A program made the translations under genes and the position numbers. A DNA stretch of 64,000 nucleotides from Epiperipatus broadwayi (lineage: Eukaryota > Animalia > Onychophora). The notes under the pieces are model-generated. The model made no database searches, had not been told where the DNA came from, and saw nothing but the letters and a program-made list of their open reading frames with translations. The stretch covers positions 2,170,001 through 2,234,000 of the forward strand of contig JAQFVV010000004.1 of assembly GCA_028023455.1 (NCBI GenBank), in the 5' to 3' direction. This document shows, one piece after another, positions 36,716 through 50,939 of the stretch (its first letter is position 1; the number at the start of each line of letters is the position of its first letter).

Positions 36716-37622
36716 GGATGTAAGGGGCACATCTACAATACATATAATTCCTAAGAAACTGATTTGGGGAGAGCATGTTCTGAACAAAAGTTCATGGTTT
36801 AATTTCTGATTGAAAAACAATCAATCTGATCATTGGAAAGGAATTACTGTTTTGCAGCATCAGTATTATTGGTAGGTTTTCTCAAAATAAAATTATTTCA
36901 ATCATAATTAGTACTAATAAACAAAACTCTAAAAACATAAGATTAAACAACAACACTACTGTTACTGGACTGAAACTGTTATCATTGAATGAAAAATTGA
37001 ACAAGTAATGCAATACTTGGTACTATAAAATGAATGCAAAAAAAATCTAATACACATCTTATGAATTATTAGAGATGTTTACTCAGTCTAAAATTAAATG
37101 GCTAACCAAAGTCAGAGAGAATAGATGAAAAACCTGGCAGAACATCAGAAATTCTGTGATCAAAGAGAACCTTCAGAGACCTGCAATTAACATTGACAAA
37201 AATATTATTTTATTTTTAACTAATATGGGGAATAGTAGTGATCCTTATTATTTATCAGTTGACATTCTTCAAGTGAAGAAAGTAAAATATAATTATTAGA
37301 ATTAATATAATAAAAACAGAGAGTCACAATATTTAATTAAAACTATTAACCATAATTAAACTCATTTATACCAGATCAGTAGTTAGCATGTTTTGCAAAT
37401 TTTTTAATAAAAAAAAATATTGTTTTTGTCTTGGCTATAAAATTTAGCAATAATATTATGTGAGAAAATTTAAGGTGTATTATGTAAAAGCTAAATATGT
37501 ATATACATACATATTATTCAGTACAACATCACAACTATTGATACTATTCTCAGTGTAAGTGATAATTATCATGCTTTAGTTAAAGTGTTTAATAATTATC
37601 TGATCATGTAAGATAATAGGCC

Positions 37623-37797
37623 CATCTCACATATACATGCAGATAAAACAGCTGAGATGAAGCAGCAAAATAATAGTTAGTGCTTACATTCCATGTTTGA
37701 ATTTTTTGCACATCTCACATATACATGCAGAAAAAACAGCTGAGATGAAGCAGCAAAGTAATAGTTAGTGCTTGGATTCCATGTTTGAATTTTTTTT
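37623..37797. repeat. 88-bp tandem duplication
   Basis: CATCTCACATATACATGCAG recurs at 37623 and 37711; few mismatches between copies. Confidence 0.95.
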
Positions 37798-39096
37798 TGT
37801 TGTCAGTATGTTAGAAATTAGGACATTCTAAATTAATTTGTTTATTTATGATTTATCAATATGATATGGTTCAGAGGTCTAGTACATTCAGATGATTAAT
37901 CAAAAATAACTGATCATTCGGAAAAATGCAATTTATAAAATAAAATGACATACTATTTCTCAAACTAATACTTAATTAACTGCCATTTATAAAATTTCTA
38001 TTTACTTTGATTTTATATATATATTTAGGAATATTATAAAAATAATTACATTTTATAAAATAATTGTATCATTATAATAACTTGTAAAGGAATTTAAATT
38101 TTTTAAATACTACATTTAATTTTTTTTATTCTATTATTTTGTAAAAAAAAAAAAAGAAGATAATTATATGCATTTACTTAATTTTTTATTAAAATTATAC
38201 CATCTCAATTTAGCTCTACTATCAACAAACATAATCTTAAACAGTTATATATTAATGCTAGTACTAAGACATAATATGATCAAGAATAAAAATAATGATA
38301 TGGTTAATCATTTGAGGGGTCATTTGATATTCAAATTCAAATGATAGTTTGAGAACAATAGTTTCATTCACTTGGTCAAACTTAGATTTTTTGCTCTTCT
38401 CAGCAGAGAATTGATCCAAAAACTGTTATCTTTTAAACCTGCTGTTTTATAACTGTGAGACAAAACAAAACATAAAAATACAATCAAATGATATAAATAA
38501 ATGAGCTACTTGAAAAAGAAAATTCGACCAAATAGAAATGTCTGCAGTGTTCCAAGATAGCCCATTTAATTTTGCTTTATAAGTTCAATTACATTTTTTC
38601 CCATCATTATCAATCACATAAACAAAGATAAAGACAATAAATAAAAGGGAAAAAACAAAGAAAATAAAAAAATTCGAATGGGATTTGCTATATGTGTAAT
38701 TAGGAAATAAAAATATAGTTATAGAAACATACAATCTCATTGTCATAATAAGTGCAGAGAAATAACAGATGACTTGAAAATGTCATGGAGTCAATCATTA
38801 CATAATTTAAATAACAAAGAATAACAGAGATTGAAATCATGTAATTATAAAAAATGTCAATATTTTTTAAGGAAGCATATAAATTATATAAGCATATAAC
38901 AATTAAAAATGAATGGTGGGTCAATCATTTTCTAGAAAAAATAAATTCATCTTTATGACAGCTATCTTTTAACTTTATCTTATAACATCCATGTTATTTA
39001 TTTGTTATTATATCTAAAAGCAAATTATTAATACGTGTTGAGCATGCTTATTATGATTTATAAATAACATTTAATATAAGATAACCATTACATTGA

Positions 39097-39353
39097 AAGA
39101 ATTAAGAGACAGGTTGGGCTGGACATATTGCTAAAAGAGATGCTAATAGATAGTTAAAATTTTAAACTGGATCCAAGAAATGGTAAATGACTTAGAAAAA
39201 AACAACATGTGAAATGGATAAATGAAATAAGGAAGCGTGCGGTGGTGATGTGGAGAAGAGAGGCTAGAGATCGGAGATGGTTTGAACTTGAAGAGATCTT
39301 CATCCTGCAATGGATTGATAATGATTGAAAATGAGATCATGATGATGATGATA
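39097..39353 (+). mobile_element. RTE LINE 3' end with (GAT)n tail
   Basis: WAGHIAKRDANR, KWINEIRKRA and ARDRRW motifs, ending in GATGATGATGAT. Confidence 0.9.
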
Positions 39354-40664
39354 TACAAATTATTTAAATAACACATATTCAAACACAATCTCATACTGTT
39401 TTATTTATACATATATGTGTATCCATAAAATTTTAGTTATTTCTTCCTAAATATGCATAAATCTATCTGATTTCTTAATTAATTTATCATCTATTTTTTA
39501 AAAAGTTATTATTTAAGGTTTTTTCTACAATTTCATTTGGAAAAAAGTTAAAATTTTATTTCCCCGCCCTCCCCACATTTAAAATGCCACTTTGAAACAG
39601 CTAATATTTCACAAAGAAGCTCATTGTCTATTTTCATTTTTTGTCTATTCTCTCATATTTATTTTTTCTAGATGAAATTAATGAAGGGTATCCACCTCTG
39701 ATACTGTTATTATTCTACTGTTAATGTCTGACTGATGACTTTTGACATCACACCTGACAAAGGTCACGGACGTCAAGAAAAATATCTTAAAAGAAATTTA
39801 TCACTGGAATACCAATCAGCAAAGATAAACGCTTTTATCTAAAATAAAATCGTTAAACAAAAATAAAATGAGTATAATTTATTAATACTTCCATCTTTTA
39901 TTACTTCATAATATCAATTATTATCTTATATATAAATTTATAATTATTTTATTCAGGACATAGTTCTAATCATAAGAGTTCGATATAGTTTATTATTAGA
40001 ATCGCAATTATAAAGTACTAATTAGAATTTAGTATTAGAATTTGTATCCTATATGTAAAAATAATTTTATTAATATTTATGTATAAACATCTAATTAAAT
40101 TTGATGCATATAAATATGGTCGGTCACTGTTATTTTTCTACATTGTTATGATTATTATTTTAATTATTCATTATATATAAAACATTTTCTAGGTTGTTTG
40201 TATTATAATCAATTTTCAAACTATAGACACTTATTTTTTTTTATCTGAATACATTTGTTTACGATTCTATTTCAAGGACTGAAATTTAATACTGTTTTTA
40301 AACTATCTTTATATAAGTACCAAAAAAATAAAATTAAGATTTTTTTGTTGTAAAGATTTTTTTTTCTTAAATAATAAAACTATTCATATATTATTTCATG
40401 ATAGACTTTTTTTACTATATAACAATAATAATTTAAAATCAATTTTTAATGATAAAGTAGGTGTTTATCTCTGTCAAGTTTTATATGATGATACCAAATA
40501 AAAATCCAAGACTTCTACTACATTAAGATTTTCTAGTGAATGTCCTGAAACCTACTTGCCTTTTTTGCAAAATGATACATGGCATTTTCCAAATACATTA
40601 ACAATAGGAAATAAGCCTTTCATATATTAATATTTTTATGATTGGCAAATCTTATAGGTGCCAT

Positions 40665-40770
40665 TTTAGTAAGCCTTGTATGCCATTTTCAACACTACGG
40701 GAAACCACCATGTCAGCAGTGCTTCTGTGATTCATCCTAATGTCGGAAGTGGCATAGACTGCTTACTAAA
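40665..40770. other. imperfect long hairpin (MITE-like or structured ncRNA)
   Basis: Ungapped 42-bp stem (40667-40708 with 40727-40768), 33 pairs including GU, 18-nt loop. Confidence 0.7.
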
Positions 40771-41059
40771 CCTACATTATTTCACATTAAGATTATATTT
40801 ATTATTCTTATTTTTTTTGTAAGTAAAAGTGATATAATTGCATATAAATTAATGTGAAAGGAGAGAAAAATATTAAGAACATTGTAAAAATAAGACATAT
40901 CTGATAATATATTCTTGTTGAACAGATAACTTTTTTTAATAATTATGATAATTTTAAATGACTTCTTAACATCAGATTAAACTCAAATCTTTATTTGAAA
41001 CTTCAGTGCTAACTTAATTTATTATAAAATGTTTAATGCTCAAAGATTTAAAATAAGAG

Positions 41060-41255
41060 ATTGTTCAGAAATAAGATGGATGAACTAAATTACAGTAATA
41101 AATTTATCATTAAAGAAATTGAAGAGCAATCATATGATAGATTATTCTGGAAAAAAGTGATATATTTTTTAGAAGCTGACACTGACTTGATTCCCATAAT
41201 AAAAATGATGATGTTGATTATGATGATAATAATAATAGTTTCACAGTTAACCTTA
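41060..41255 (+). mobile_element. short LINE 3' end with (ATG)/(ATA) tail (tentative)
   Basis: SYDRLFWKKVI resembles the DR..WR..V terminus of RTE-like LINEs and is followed by a trinucleotide tail. Confidence 0.4.
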
Positions 41256-41399
41256 GTTCTGTCATGTTCATTCTAAGAGCTCCTCTTTCAAATCTGAAGA
41301 ATTTGTATAATATTAGTTTTTTTAAAGATAAATTTCAAGTCATCATAAAGACTGAAGATCTAATTAGATAACACTCTCATTATAAAAAAATTCCATGCA

Positions 41400-42934
41400 T
41401 GTAATGGATAATTTGCAAGAAAAAATATTTCATTAATGGCAGTAAATCTTAGTATTGCTAGATAAGGAAAAATTTCTGAGCTTAAACACCCAAAACACCA
41501 TTAAAAATCTGCAATATTTCAGGTAACTTTAACATATAGTATACTAATTATTAACAATTAACCATGTCACACATCTTTTCTAAGATAATTTTGAATTTAC
41601 AAAAACTTTTTTCTTAAAAAAATGACATTTTTAAAATCATTAAAACCAATCAAAATGGCGTCCATACAAGCACATGACCAAGTGGTTGGTGCCAAAACCT
41701 ATTCTACCATATTGCCAGCTTTATGTCATAAAACACATCTCAAGATCCTCAAGAACAATATCTATGTCAGCAAAGATATTTTAAGTCCACTAATGAATAA
41801 GCCAATTTGAAGTTTCAGGACAACCAACGTAAATAACATTTAAAACTTACACTTAAAAACACAAGATTGTAACTCCCCTCCTCCTAGATCTGAATACCTA
41901 ACATGTTAACAACAATTTGGCAAAATTTATTATTACCATCCCACAGAGGATATTTTGCATTATTTAAGACATTTTCCCTTCAAATCCATCATCATATTAA
42001 CAACAGATCCCAACTGCATTCTATATCACTTGCAACACACTCTCTGGAACCTCAACCAGCTCAAGTGTCTACACACATGAAGCATAACTCCAACATCATA
42101 CCAGGATAAACTCTGGAATAAATACTGCACCACTTGAGACTAACACAGCACATCCACCTCACCTCTCCCCAAAATCCAAAGAAGCTTACATGATCACTCT
42201 ACCAACTTACCTCAAATGAACTTTAAATGCCCTGCACATGAACACTGAGACAGCCTTGACACATATAAAGCTCACCAACTAATAAGCACAGTTTATGAAC
42301 AGCCATATACCAATGAAACTCCACCCACCCTCCCTAAATGTATTATCAAATATCACCATGTGCTTTCATGCATTTATCTCATAATGCTTTTGGAAAAATT
42401 TATGTAAACCTAATTTGAAATATGTATCTTGTTATACAACAATTATTATTCTTCCAACTACTGTAAATCACCTTTTTTATCAGAAGAAAAATTGTAAACC
42501 CTCATTGCATATGTAATCTCATGTATAAAATGGTATCTAAAAACTCTTAGTTTTCACATGCACCTTATGTAACGCATGAACAATAAGACTGCTATAAAAA
42601 CTATAATTCTTCCCACTAAATAGACTCAATTTATATACAATCATATATCAATGTAACACCAACTTCAACCTCACATCCCATATACATTTTTCCTCATACT
42701 ATCATATACTTCCAAGTATTTTATTCAAGATCCCATTTAAAACTTCTATGTAAACTTAATTTGACACATGTATCTTGTTATGTAATGATCATTTTTTCAA
42801 TTACTGTAAGTCATATTTTCCCCTGTCATATCCAATATTGTAAAACCTTATTGCATATGTAATATCATATCTTATATTTTAATATGTAACTTATGTAATC
42901 CTTTGTGATTCTTAATAAAGTTACCTTTGAAACA

Positions 42935-42935
<1 letters not shown>
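41400..42935 (+). mobile_element. CR1/L2-like LINE 3' fragment with tandemly repeated 3' UTR
   Basis: Decayed KSLKPIKMAS and LPSHRGYFALFK frames. 3' units of about 340 bp (anchor TATGTAAAC.TAATTTGA) at about 42400 and 42745. Ends in a (TAA)n tail. Confidence 0.5.
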
Positions 42936-43124
<189 letters not shown>

Positions 43125-43459
43125 TTTGTCACCATGTTTTAACTCCTGCTCCAAATCCTAAATGTTTGCTCAATACCATCTTTATTAAAGGTGAATTTTA
43201 TATCTTATCAAAGGTATAATAAAACTTGATTACCTAGCATACTTTTTTTTAAAATTTCCATGTGTGGACATAGAAAAATTTAATCATATTTATTTTTGAC
43301 CAACAAGAGAAATAAAATAAAGACAACCTTATTTTAAAAATTGTATAATTATAGTCCCCCAGCAAATCTTTGGTTTTCTTTATTGTATAACAGTTGCAAG
43401 TTCTTAAGCTTCAATCCAAAAACTTTTTTCAGGACCATCATTATTAAGGAATGCAACTT

Positions 43460-43915
43460 ATGATATCAGGTGTTTTTCCATTTTCCCAAGGTGCAATTCC
43501 TGCTGAACCAGTGTTTTTCCATTTTTCCAAGATTAAATTCATTTATATTAGTATTTTTCCATTTTCCCAAGAGGCAATTCATGCAAACCAGGGTTTTTTT
43601 CCATTTTTTGAAGATGTAATTTATGATTTCCCAGGATGCAATGCATATTACCTGGTGTTTTCCCCATTATTTCCTAAATCCAATTCATGCTGAAATGGTA
43701 TTTTTCCTTTTCTCAAAATGTAATTCATATTAACTACTGGTTTTACATTTTCCCGGGATGCAATTCATGCTGACTAGTATTTTTCTGATTTCCTAAGATG
43801 TAATTCATTTCATACTAGTGATTTTTCATTCTCCCAGGATGCAAATCATGCTGAATTGGTGTTTTCCCATTTTCTCAAAGTGTAATTCATGCTGTCTAGT
43901 ATTTTTCATTTTTTT
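43460..43915. repeat. minisatellite, about 11 units of 40-42 bp
   Basis: Anchor (C/T)AATTCAT at about 43494, 43535, 43575, 43617, 43639, 43681, 43721, 43761, 43801, 43842, 43883. Confidence 0.9.
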
Positions 43916-43924
43916 GTTACTTGG

Positions 43925-44372
43925 AACTTATGTAACAAATGAACAATAAGAATTAGCCATGAAATTGATAGTACTCTCACCAAATGAGCTTAATTTTTGT
44001 GCGACCATATGTCAATCTAACACCAACTTCAACCCCTCCTTAATATGTTTTCAATCATGCTATTATACATTTTTATATATATTTCTCAATATGACATTTA
44101 AAAATTCTATGTAAACCTAATTTGACATATGTATCTTGTTATGTAATAAATATTTTTCTTTTAATTAAGGTAAATCAAATTTTCTATCCTATCACAATCA
44201 AGATTGTAAACCTTTATTACATATGTAATATCATGAATCAATTTGTATTTAAGACCTCATGTTTTCAAATATAACTTATAAACCTTTTTTGAGTCTCAAT
44301 AAAGTTTATTCTTTGAAACATAATAGTAATAATAATAGTATTAATAATCGTAATAATAGTAATAATAATAGC
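43925..44372 (+). repeat. third copy of the LINE 3' UTR unit with degenerate (TAA)n tail
   Basis: Matches 42565-42935 by eye, e.g. CTTATGTAAC..ATGAACAATAAG and AATAAAGTT...TTTGAAACAT. Confidence 0.8.
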
Positions 44373-44599
44373 AAATTAGTTCACCTGAAACAGAATACAG
44401 TTTTTAGTTCTATTTTATATAATCTCAAAGTACTTTAAATATCAAGCTAACAAGATAAATTCTTACCTATGTACAGTTCTGATAATTTTTAATCACCCAA
44501 TTCCTTTTTTTTTTTTTTTTGCAAATTTGATAAAAATTATTAAATTTTATCATTTAATTGACGACAAATATGGCATGGAGATATCACATAACCAGCTAT

Positions 44600-46790
44600 T
44601 TTCCATTAATATTATGAAGTCGTAAGATCAAAGTCCAGATTTTAATCAAACATATTAGAAACAATGTGGAAATTCTTCATAGCAACAAGAACATAATTTC
44701 TAATAAAATCAACTACTTTAAAAATTACAAATCCTAAGCAAACATATGGAAATGTCATCAGCAGTGAAGAACAAATTCTTCATGGTAACCAAAGTATAGA
44801 TTCAGATAATATTACTTTCTCCAAAGGGCAAACACAAATTTTAAAAATCCCCATAGCAACAAGGATATAATCTCAAATAATGTCAACAGCTTAAGAAACC
44901 AAAATACAAATTATAATCAAAAGATAAAAATGTCAGCAGTGATGCACAAATTTTCCAGGTTAACCAGAATATAAGTGCAAATGGTATTACTGACTCCAAA
45001 GGTCAAGTACAAGGTCCAAAAAACATATACAAATGTCATCAGTAATAATGTATAAACATCTCATAGTAATAATCCAATACCAAACACTTCAAGAACAATT
45101 CCACGTTTTTGCAAAACTACTCTCAATGACATTGCAGATTTGGATTTAAATATAAAACAGCTCCAACCCCCCTCCAACCATTTATTGAAGATCAGAATCA
45201 CTAGAAAATATTAGTGACATATTTTTCAACACAATCGCCTGGGATCTTTATTCATCATTTAAGAAATTTTTTTCACCCTGGTCTTTGGTGTTATCAGTCA
45301 ATGATAAGAATGTATCTCTCTACAAGTTCTCTTGGCAACTTCTCTATGCAACCATTATAATGCTTGGGATGTGGGATTCAGTCAGTTGGATAACTGATCA
45401 TCCAAATTCTAGGTACCTAGAAAATGAATTTTTTCTAATTACCCAAAGAAAGTGCTTCCAAAGTCAGTGAGAGAAAATCAACTGAGCATTTAATATCTGC
45501 GCCATGAAACCTAAAGTTTATTATTAAGAAATGGATATGACAACTTCACAATTCAAAGAAAAAGTTCCAAGAATACAAAGAATAAGTGACTTAATGGATG
45601 TTCTAGAATACTCACAATTTACCATCAATATCTGAAATGGATTAATGAGATTTACCAGAATGATTCACTAAGACATCTTTACTTATGAACTTTAAAACTA
45701 AATTTATGTTGACATCATGAATTTTATTTATTTCTATATTTTCTATAAATGTTTTGTTCATATCTTTACTTTAACATGGATACAAAGGGGGAAATAAGTG
45801 TTAATATGTAACACAATGGAGAAATATCATTTCCATTATTCTAAGTAAAATAAAGGATAGGTTGAAATGAGTACTTGCTTACATACTAATCTGATCATCA
45901 TCAAAGGGAAAGGGTAAGACTTTACCTATGACATATTTATTACAAACATTTGTACAATTGCATCCTATATATTTTTCTTTGTTTGCTTATACTAATATTT
46001 GTGTTAAATGTTTTCAGTGATTATCTATTCCTATTATAAATAGTCTGTATTATAAGTACAGTATATAAGAGGGGTTCTCATATCATCACTATGAGAGATA
46101 GGAAGTTAATATATCAAGTTAAAGAAAATAAAATGAATTATGATTTCCAAAGAATAATATAGTAAACAAGGATGATTCAGACAATCATAAACATCATATA
46201 AATTTCATTTATGTTGACATGGACATCAAATGGCTATTCTTTGTAGGGGATAATGGTTTGGAATAATGATTGGAATCAATTACAAGCAAAGAATAACCAT
46301 AGATGTTGAATTAAATGTTCTATAGTTTATTATAAATTTTCTTTATTAAAAAATATTGTATACTGTAAATATAGCTGTTAAATATATACAAGTGTTTAAA
46401 TTAAAGACTCTCAATGTAATTTTTCAAATTCGCTTTTCAATTGGTTATATCTTCTCACATACTTATAAATATTTTTGTACATTCACATATATTTTTATAT
46501 ATATTCACACCTACCCTTAAATACCTGCACATATTTATGTCTATCTGAATTTTAAGTAATATTAATATACTCTGAACTAGAAAATCAGGCAGATTCTCCA
46601 TGAGTTTGAAACTTGGGAATAACGGAAATAAAAGAGGATAAGGATAAATTGAATTTAGGTAAATAGTTTGATATTTATTTGACCACTAACTTCTCCTCTT
46701 TTAAGAATGAAATTAAAGTACAGTATATGTAGAAATATAGGTCCAAGGATCAATCCTGGATTTTTTCATTTACTATGATGATTTAGCTAG
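44600..46790 (+). mobile_element. L1-like derivative: ORF1-like N-terminal repeats joined to the ORF2 C-terminal module and long 3' region
   Basis: TYGNVISS/TYTNVISN repeats at 44740-45050, YKFSWQLLYATI at about 45320, KFIIKKWI*QLH at about 45515. 3' region shared with 34610-35860. Confidence 0.55.
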
Positions 46791-48571
46791 TTACAATATA
46801 TTAAAACTTGATAATTATAAATTTGAATAGATGCCCTTATTAATCAAATTGAAAATCGTATTTTACATTACATTATTAATAAAAATTTCAAACATGCACA
46901 GAAGTTCCTATAATTAAATTGTGTATAATTAGCTCTAGATGTTATTCAGTAGCAAGATTTAATTTCTCTATAATCTGATTTTAAATTATTCTGTTATTCT
47001 GGATAACGTATGGAAATGCAATTAATTTTCTTTACCATTTTTCAAATTTTTTCCCCTTAATATAGATGAGTAGAATTGTTAAGACAAAAATTGCTTTCAA
47101 CTGATTAAAGGTCAAATAGCTTTCTAAAAGTGGGAGTATTCCGGAAGTGTTTGTAATGTAAGAGGAACTCTAAAATTGAGATTCTAAACTAAATTGCATT
47201 GAAAAGAGGCAAGCAATGATAAACTATTATTTAATGGTGATGATAAAATTTATCCTTTGCTCATGTATTTTTTTTTGCCTAAAAAGATATGTATAAATTG
47301 CTTATATAATAGCAATCAATCCTTAAGCTATCCACAATCTCAACTTGTATTCAAGGCTGATTGTTTAGCATCTACATTTACAAACCTATTAAAGCCTTGA
47401 GTAATTGTCTTTATTATCTTAGTAAACCACTTATATATATATATTATCACTAGTGTCTTCAAATATCACATGATGTCCTTTGCAACTGATTATTATTATT
47501 GTTATTGTTGTTGTTATTAATGTAGCCGGTTTTTGTTTTTTTTAGCATTTTCCTTAAGAAAATCAGCAAAGCATCTTATATCCAGAATTTAATATAAAAT
47601 GTAGATTCTGATATTACAAAATATATGTATGTGTGTATTTATATACTGTGCATATATTTGTTCATATATTTTGACATGAAACTTGATTTATAAGTCTGAA
47701 AAGTATTTGATATAATAATTCTACTTGAATTTTAAAAGAGGAAACAATTTACTATATACTGGTGATTTCAGATTATTTAGTCTGTACATAAATTAAAACA
47801 GTAGACAAAATTTCACCACATAATTCCAAAACTATGTAAAAAACTAAGCTTATCTAACAATAGAATTTAAAGGCAGAGTGACATCAATCTGTCTTTCATG
47901 GCTTTTGACGTCACTAAACTTAGTGGGAGGTATTTACTTCCATTACAATTATAATACTTTAATATGTAGCTTAAAACTAATTAGAAACTTTTCAGTTTAA
48001 ATGACAGTAGTCATATGAAATATCATATGAAATAGTAGAATAAAATATGATCACAAATGACCTTTTAACCAGAACTTAGTAACAATGTTCTCTTCTTTAA
48101 TAATAATAACATTTTTAAAAATTTATTAAAGTATTTTATAAAAATAAAAGTTTTAAAATTATAATATATATGTTCTTTATTTTGACAATAACTATTCTAA
48201 ATTACATATTTATTATTGTCATCATAAACATTGTTAGCTGAAAACAAAGGGGCATATTACTTTTTGCCATTAGATTTTTACCAATGAAGTTTTATTGAAT
48301 AGTGAAAATGATGCTTTATTTAATGTTTGTTTTAAAATTAATAGTATATAAATAGACAATGGTATAGAATTTAAACAGTTTGTTTACTATATTTTATTTG
48401 TATTTATTTTATTTCAGTGCAGTAAGAAATTTGCTGATAACTAAAAAGACTCAATGAATCCTCTTTGAGATCTTTAAAGGAACTAAGCAGGGAAATTATT
48501 AAATTTATGTTTTTGTCATTGCAGCTGTTATTACTATGTGATTATTCATATGGTAAAAGAATAAAATCATT

Positions 48572-48843
48572 AAAACACCACATGGTCACCATTTCTTATA
48601 TTTTATAATGAAGTAAATAGATGAAAGGTGGTTTCTGGAGAGTTACATTAGTTCCTAAAATCTACGTAAGTGCTCTGAGATCCAAAGCAACTTTATTTAT
48701 AAAAACCATAAACTAAAAACTAGACTGGGATATTAGATAAATAGGCACTAGATAGGTATTTTATGCACAAACCTTCAAGTATCCATTGATTACTGTATTT
48801 GCACTGGGTGCTATTGCTGTCTAGGAAGTTTACTGCTGTTTTA
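48572..48843 (+). mobile_element. decayed F2 copy with inverted 3'-terminus fragment at its 5' side
   Basis: Homologous to 55260-55470. Flanks ATGGTAAAAGA.TAA.A.CATT at 48550 and 48844 (19/22 identical, possible TSD). HHR core destroyed. Confidence 0.7.
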
Positions 48844-50939
48844 ATGGTAAAAGAGTAAGAACATTTTGTTCACCAACATATAATTAAGTAGGGTGTTATT
48901 GGCTTTTTATCTCAGAGTTTAATAAGACCAAGACAAAATGCTCCTTCTCAATTGCCCTGATATTTCTTAACTAAAACATCTAGAGAAAAGGATGACTGTG
49001 TGTGATAATTGATAGACATTCATAATCCTGTTGGTAAAAATTAGATTATGGACATTATTTTCAGAAGGCAGCAGTTGGAGGACAAAGATGAAAAGTGCCA
49101 AGAATTTTATGATTGTGGTTTCAAGATGTCATTAAATGGTGATTTTTTTTAATTCACCTCTATACAATTTCAGATCATTTTCAAATAAAGAAAATTTACA
49201 TGATTTGGAAAAAGAATTATCTAATATTATATGAGATATTTTTAGTCTTTGTGAAGTTAGAAGAAAAGATAAAGAGATAATTGATTTAAAAAGTGGAAAT
49301 GTATTTAACTATAAAAACAGATATTGAAAGCTCAAGTGAACTCAGATTTATTAGTAGTAAAAAGTGTTTGAATAACGTTGTGGATATTGATAGTATATCA
49401 GATAAAATGGCAGCTATTTAACTTAACAGAAGATACCAAATGCATATAATTTAGGCTTACAAATCAGCAAATTTTCATGGCAATGAGTAAGTAAATATAT
49501 ATATATATATAGAGCTACAAAATACTTTTGATAGCATTATCTCTTTACAATTATTATAAAACAAATGCCGGAATTGGAAAATGATTGAGAACTGAAAATC
49601 CTGTGGAAAAATTTATTATCAATTAATGAGTTGTAAGGTATGATATTAGAAACTATTTAAAAGACAGTATTAATAAATGACATTCACAATCTTTACAAAC
49701 AAATCAATGAATTTGAGTTTGCTAATTGTTTAAAATATTAACAGACCGAAGTATGATTAAAAGTTAATTGGGCTCAAAAAGAAGGTAACTGTTAACTCTA
49801 CTTAGAGAGACAACAAACAATGATGGTAAAAAGATATCAATTCTCCAGTAAATTTTCAATCGATATAAAAAACTGTTTGAAGAAAAGAAGGAATGTGAAA
49901 ATGTTTAAAAATTATCAATTAAGAAGTATTGCATATGTGAAATTTTGTAAAATGGAGAATTGTCAAGAAAAGCCATTACAGAACATAAAAGTTTCAAAAG
50001 TATAAAACAACATCTTGGTTTTAAAAGAAAAGTTATTTTAGACCAATAAGAAGAAAATATAGAATGAATACTAAAAAGAAGATGGTAACATGAATTGTGT
50101 GGATTGTATAATTAAAGAACAAGAAAAATCTGAATTTTCGAAGCATTTTAAATGAAGAAATGAAACATGCAATTAAAACTACTATATACTAAATGATTAA
50201 AAAAATGTAGCAGTTATTTATATAAAAGAAAAAAAAAATATTTGAAATTATAAATCTAACAGTTTTCAAAATTTTTATATAAATTATTTTTTAAGATCAT
50301 AATAAATGTCTTTAGTAAACTTTGGACTCAGCCAAACAAAGTAACAAGATGGATTTAAAAGTGACTATAGCAAAATAAACTGCATCCAAGTATTAAAAAA
50401 AAAATTGGGGGATAATTTGTATATAACCATTTGATAATAGATTTGTAGATTATAAAGAAAGTGATTTAATGATATATGCAACTTTTTGTTTTGGAATAAT
50501 GTGGCTTACACTGACCTCTATATTTTGCTGCTATTGGTAGAGTGTTCAATTTGACATTAAGAAATCTCAAGATTGTTACTAGCGTTTGCATATTTGGCAC
50601 TCAAACTTTTTATGAACTCTTAAGCAATAAAGCCATAAGTCTTTTTATAGCTCATATACAAAATATTATCAAATTCTGAAAAATATTTAGCAAAATGAAA
50701 TAATAATTAGATTAACTAGTAGTACTAAAAAGATTAACAATAATAAGATCATATGACAAGGTAATTCTTTTACCCAAAACATTTTATGCAGTGTTTCAGA
50801 TTAAAAAAAAAATAAACCCATGTTTTGAAATGATATTGTTGCTTAATGGTTCAAAGTTTCAATATGTACTACAAGAATTTATTAGACAGAAGAAAAAAAT
50901 CTCCTAAAAGTAAATTCTAAATAAACTTAAATGTATTAA

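Noticed and set aside
38390-38560. Two-exon 41-aa mini-ORF on the minus strand with a strong acceptor at 38455
   Set aside because: Too short, with an in-frame stop just upstream of the ATG and no homology recognised; RNA-seq junctions would be needed.
39732-39780. CTGATGA as another hammerhead (also 3534 and 53865)
   Set aside because: No helix II-GAAA-helix III arrangement follows; 53865 may be a clipped F1 fragment but is too short to call.
43460-43915. CRISPR-like array (also considered for 28370-28610)
   Set aside because: Contiguous degenerate units without unique spacers, no cas genes, eukaryotic context.
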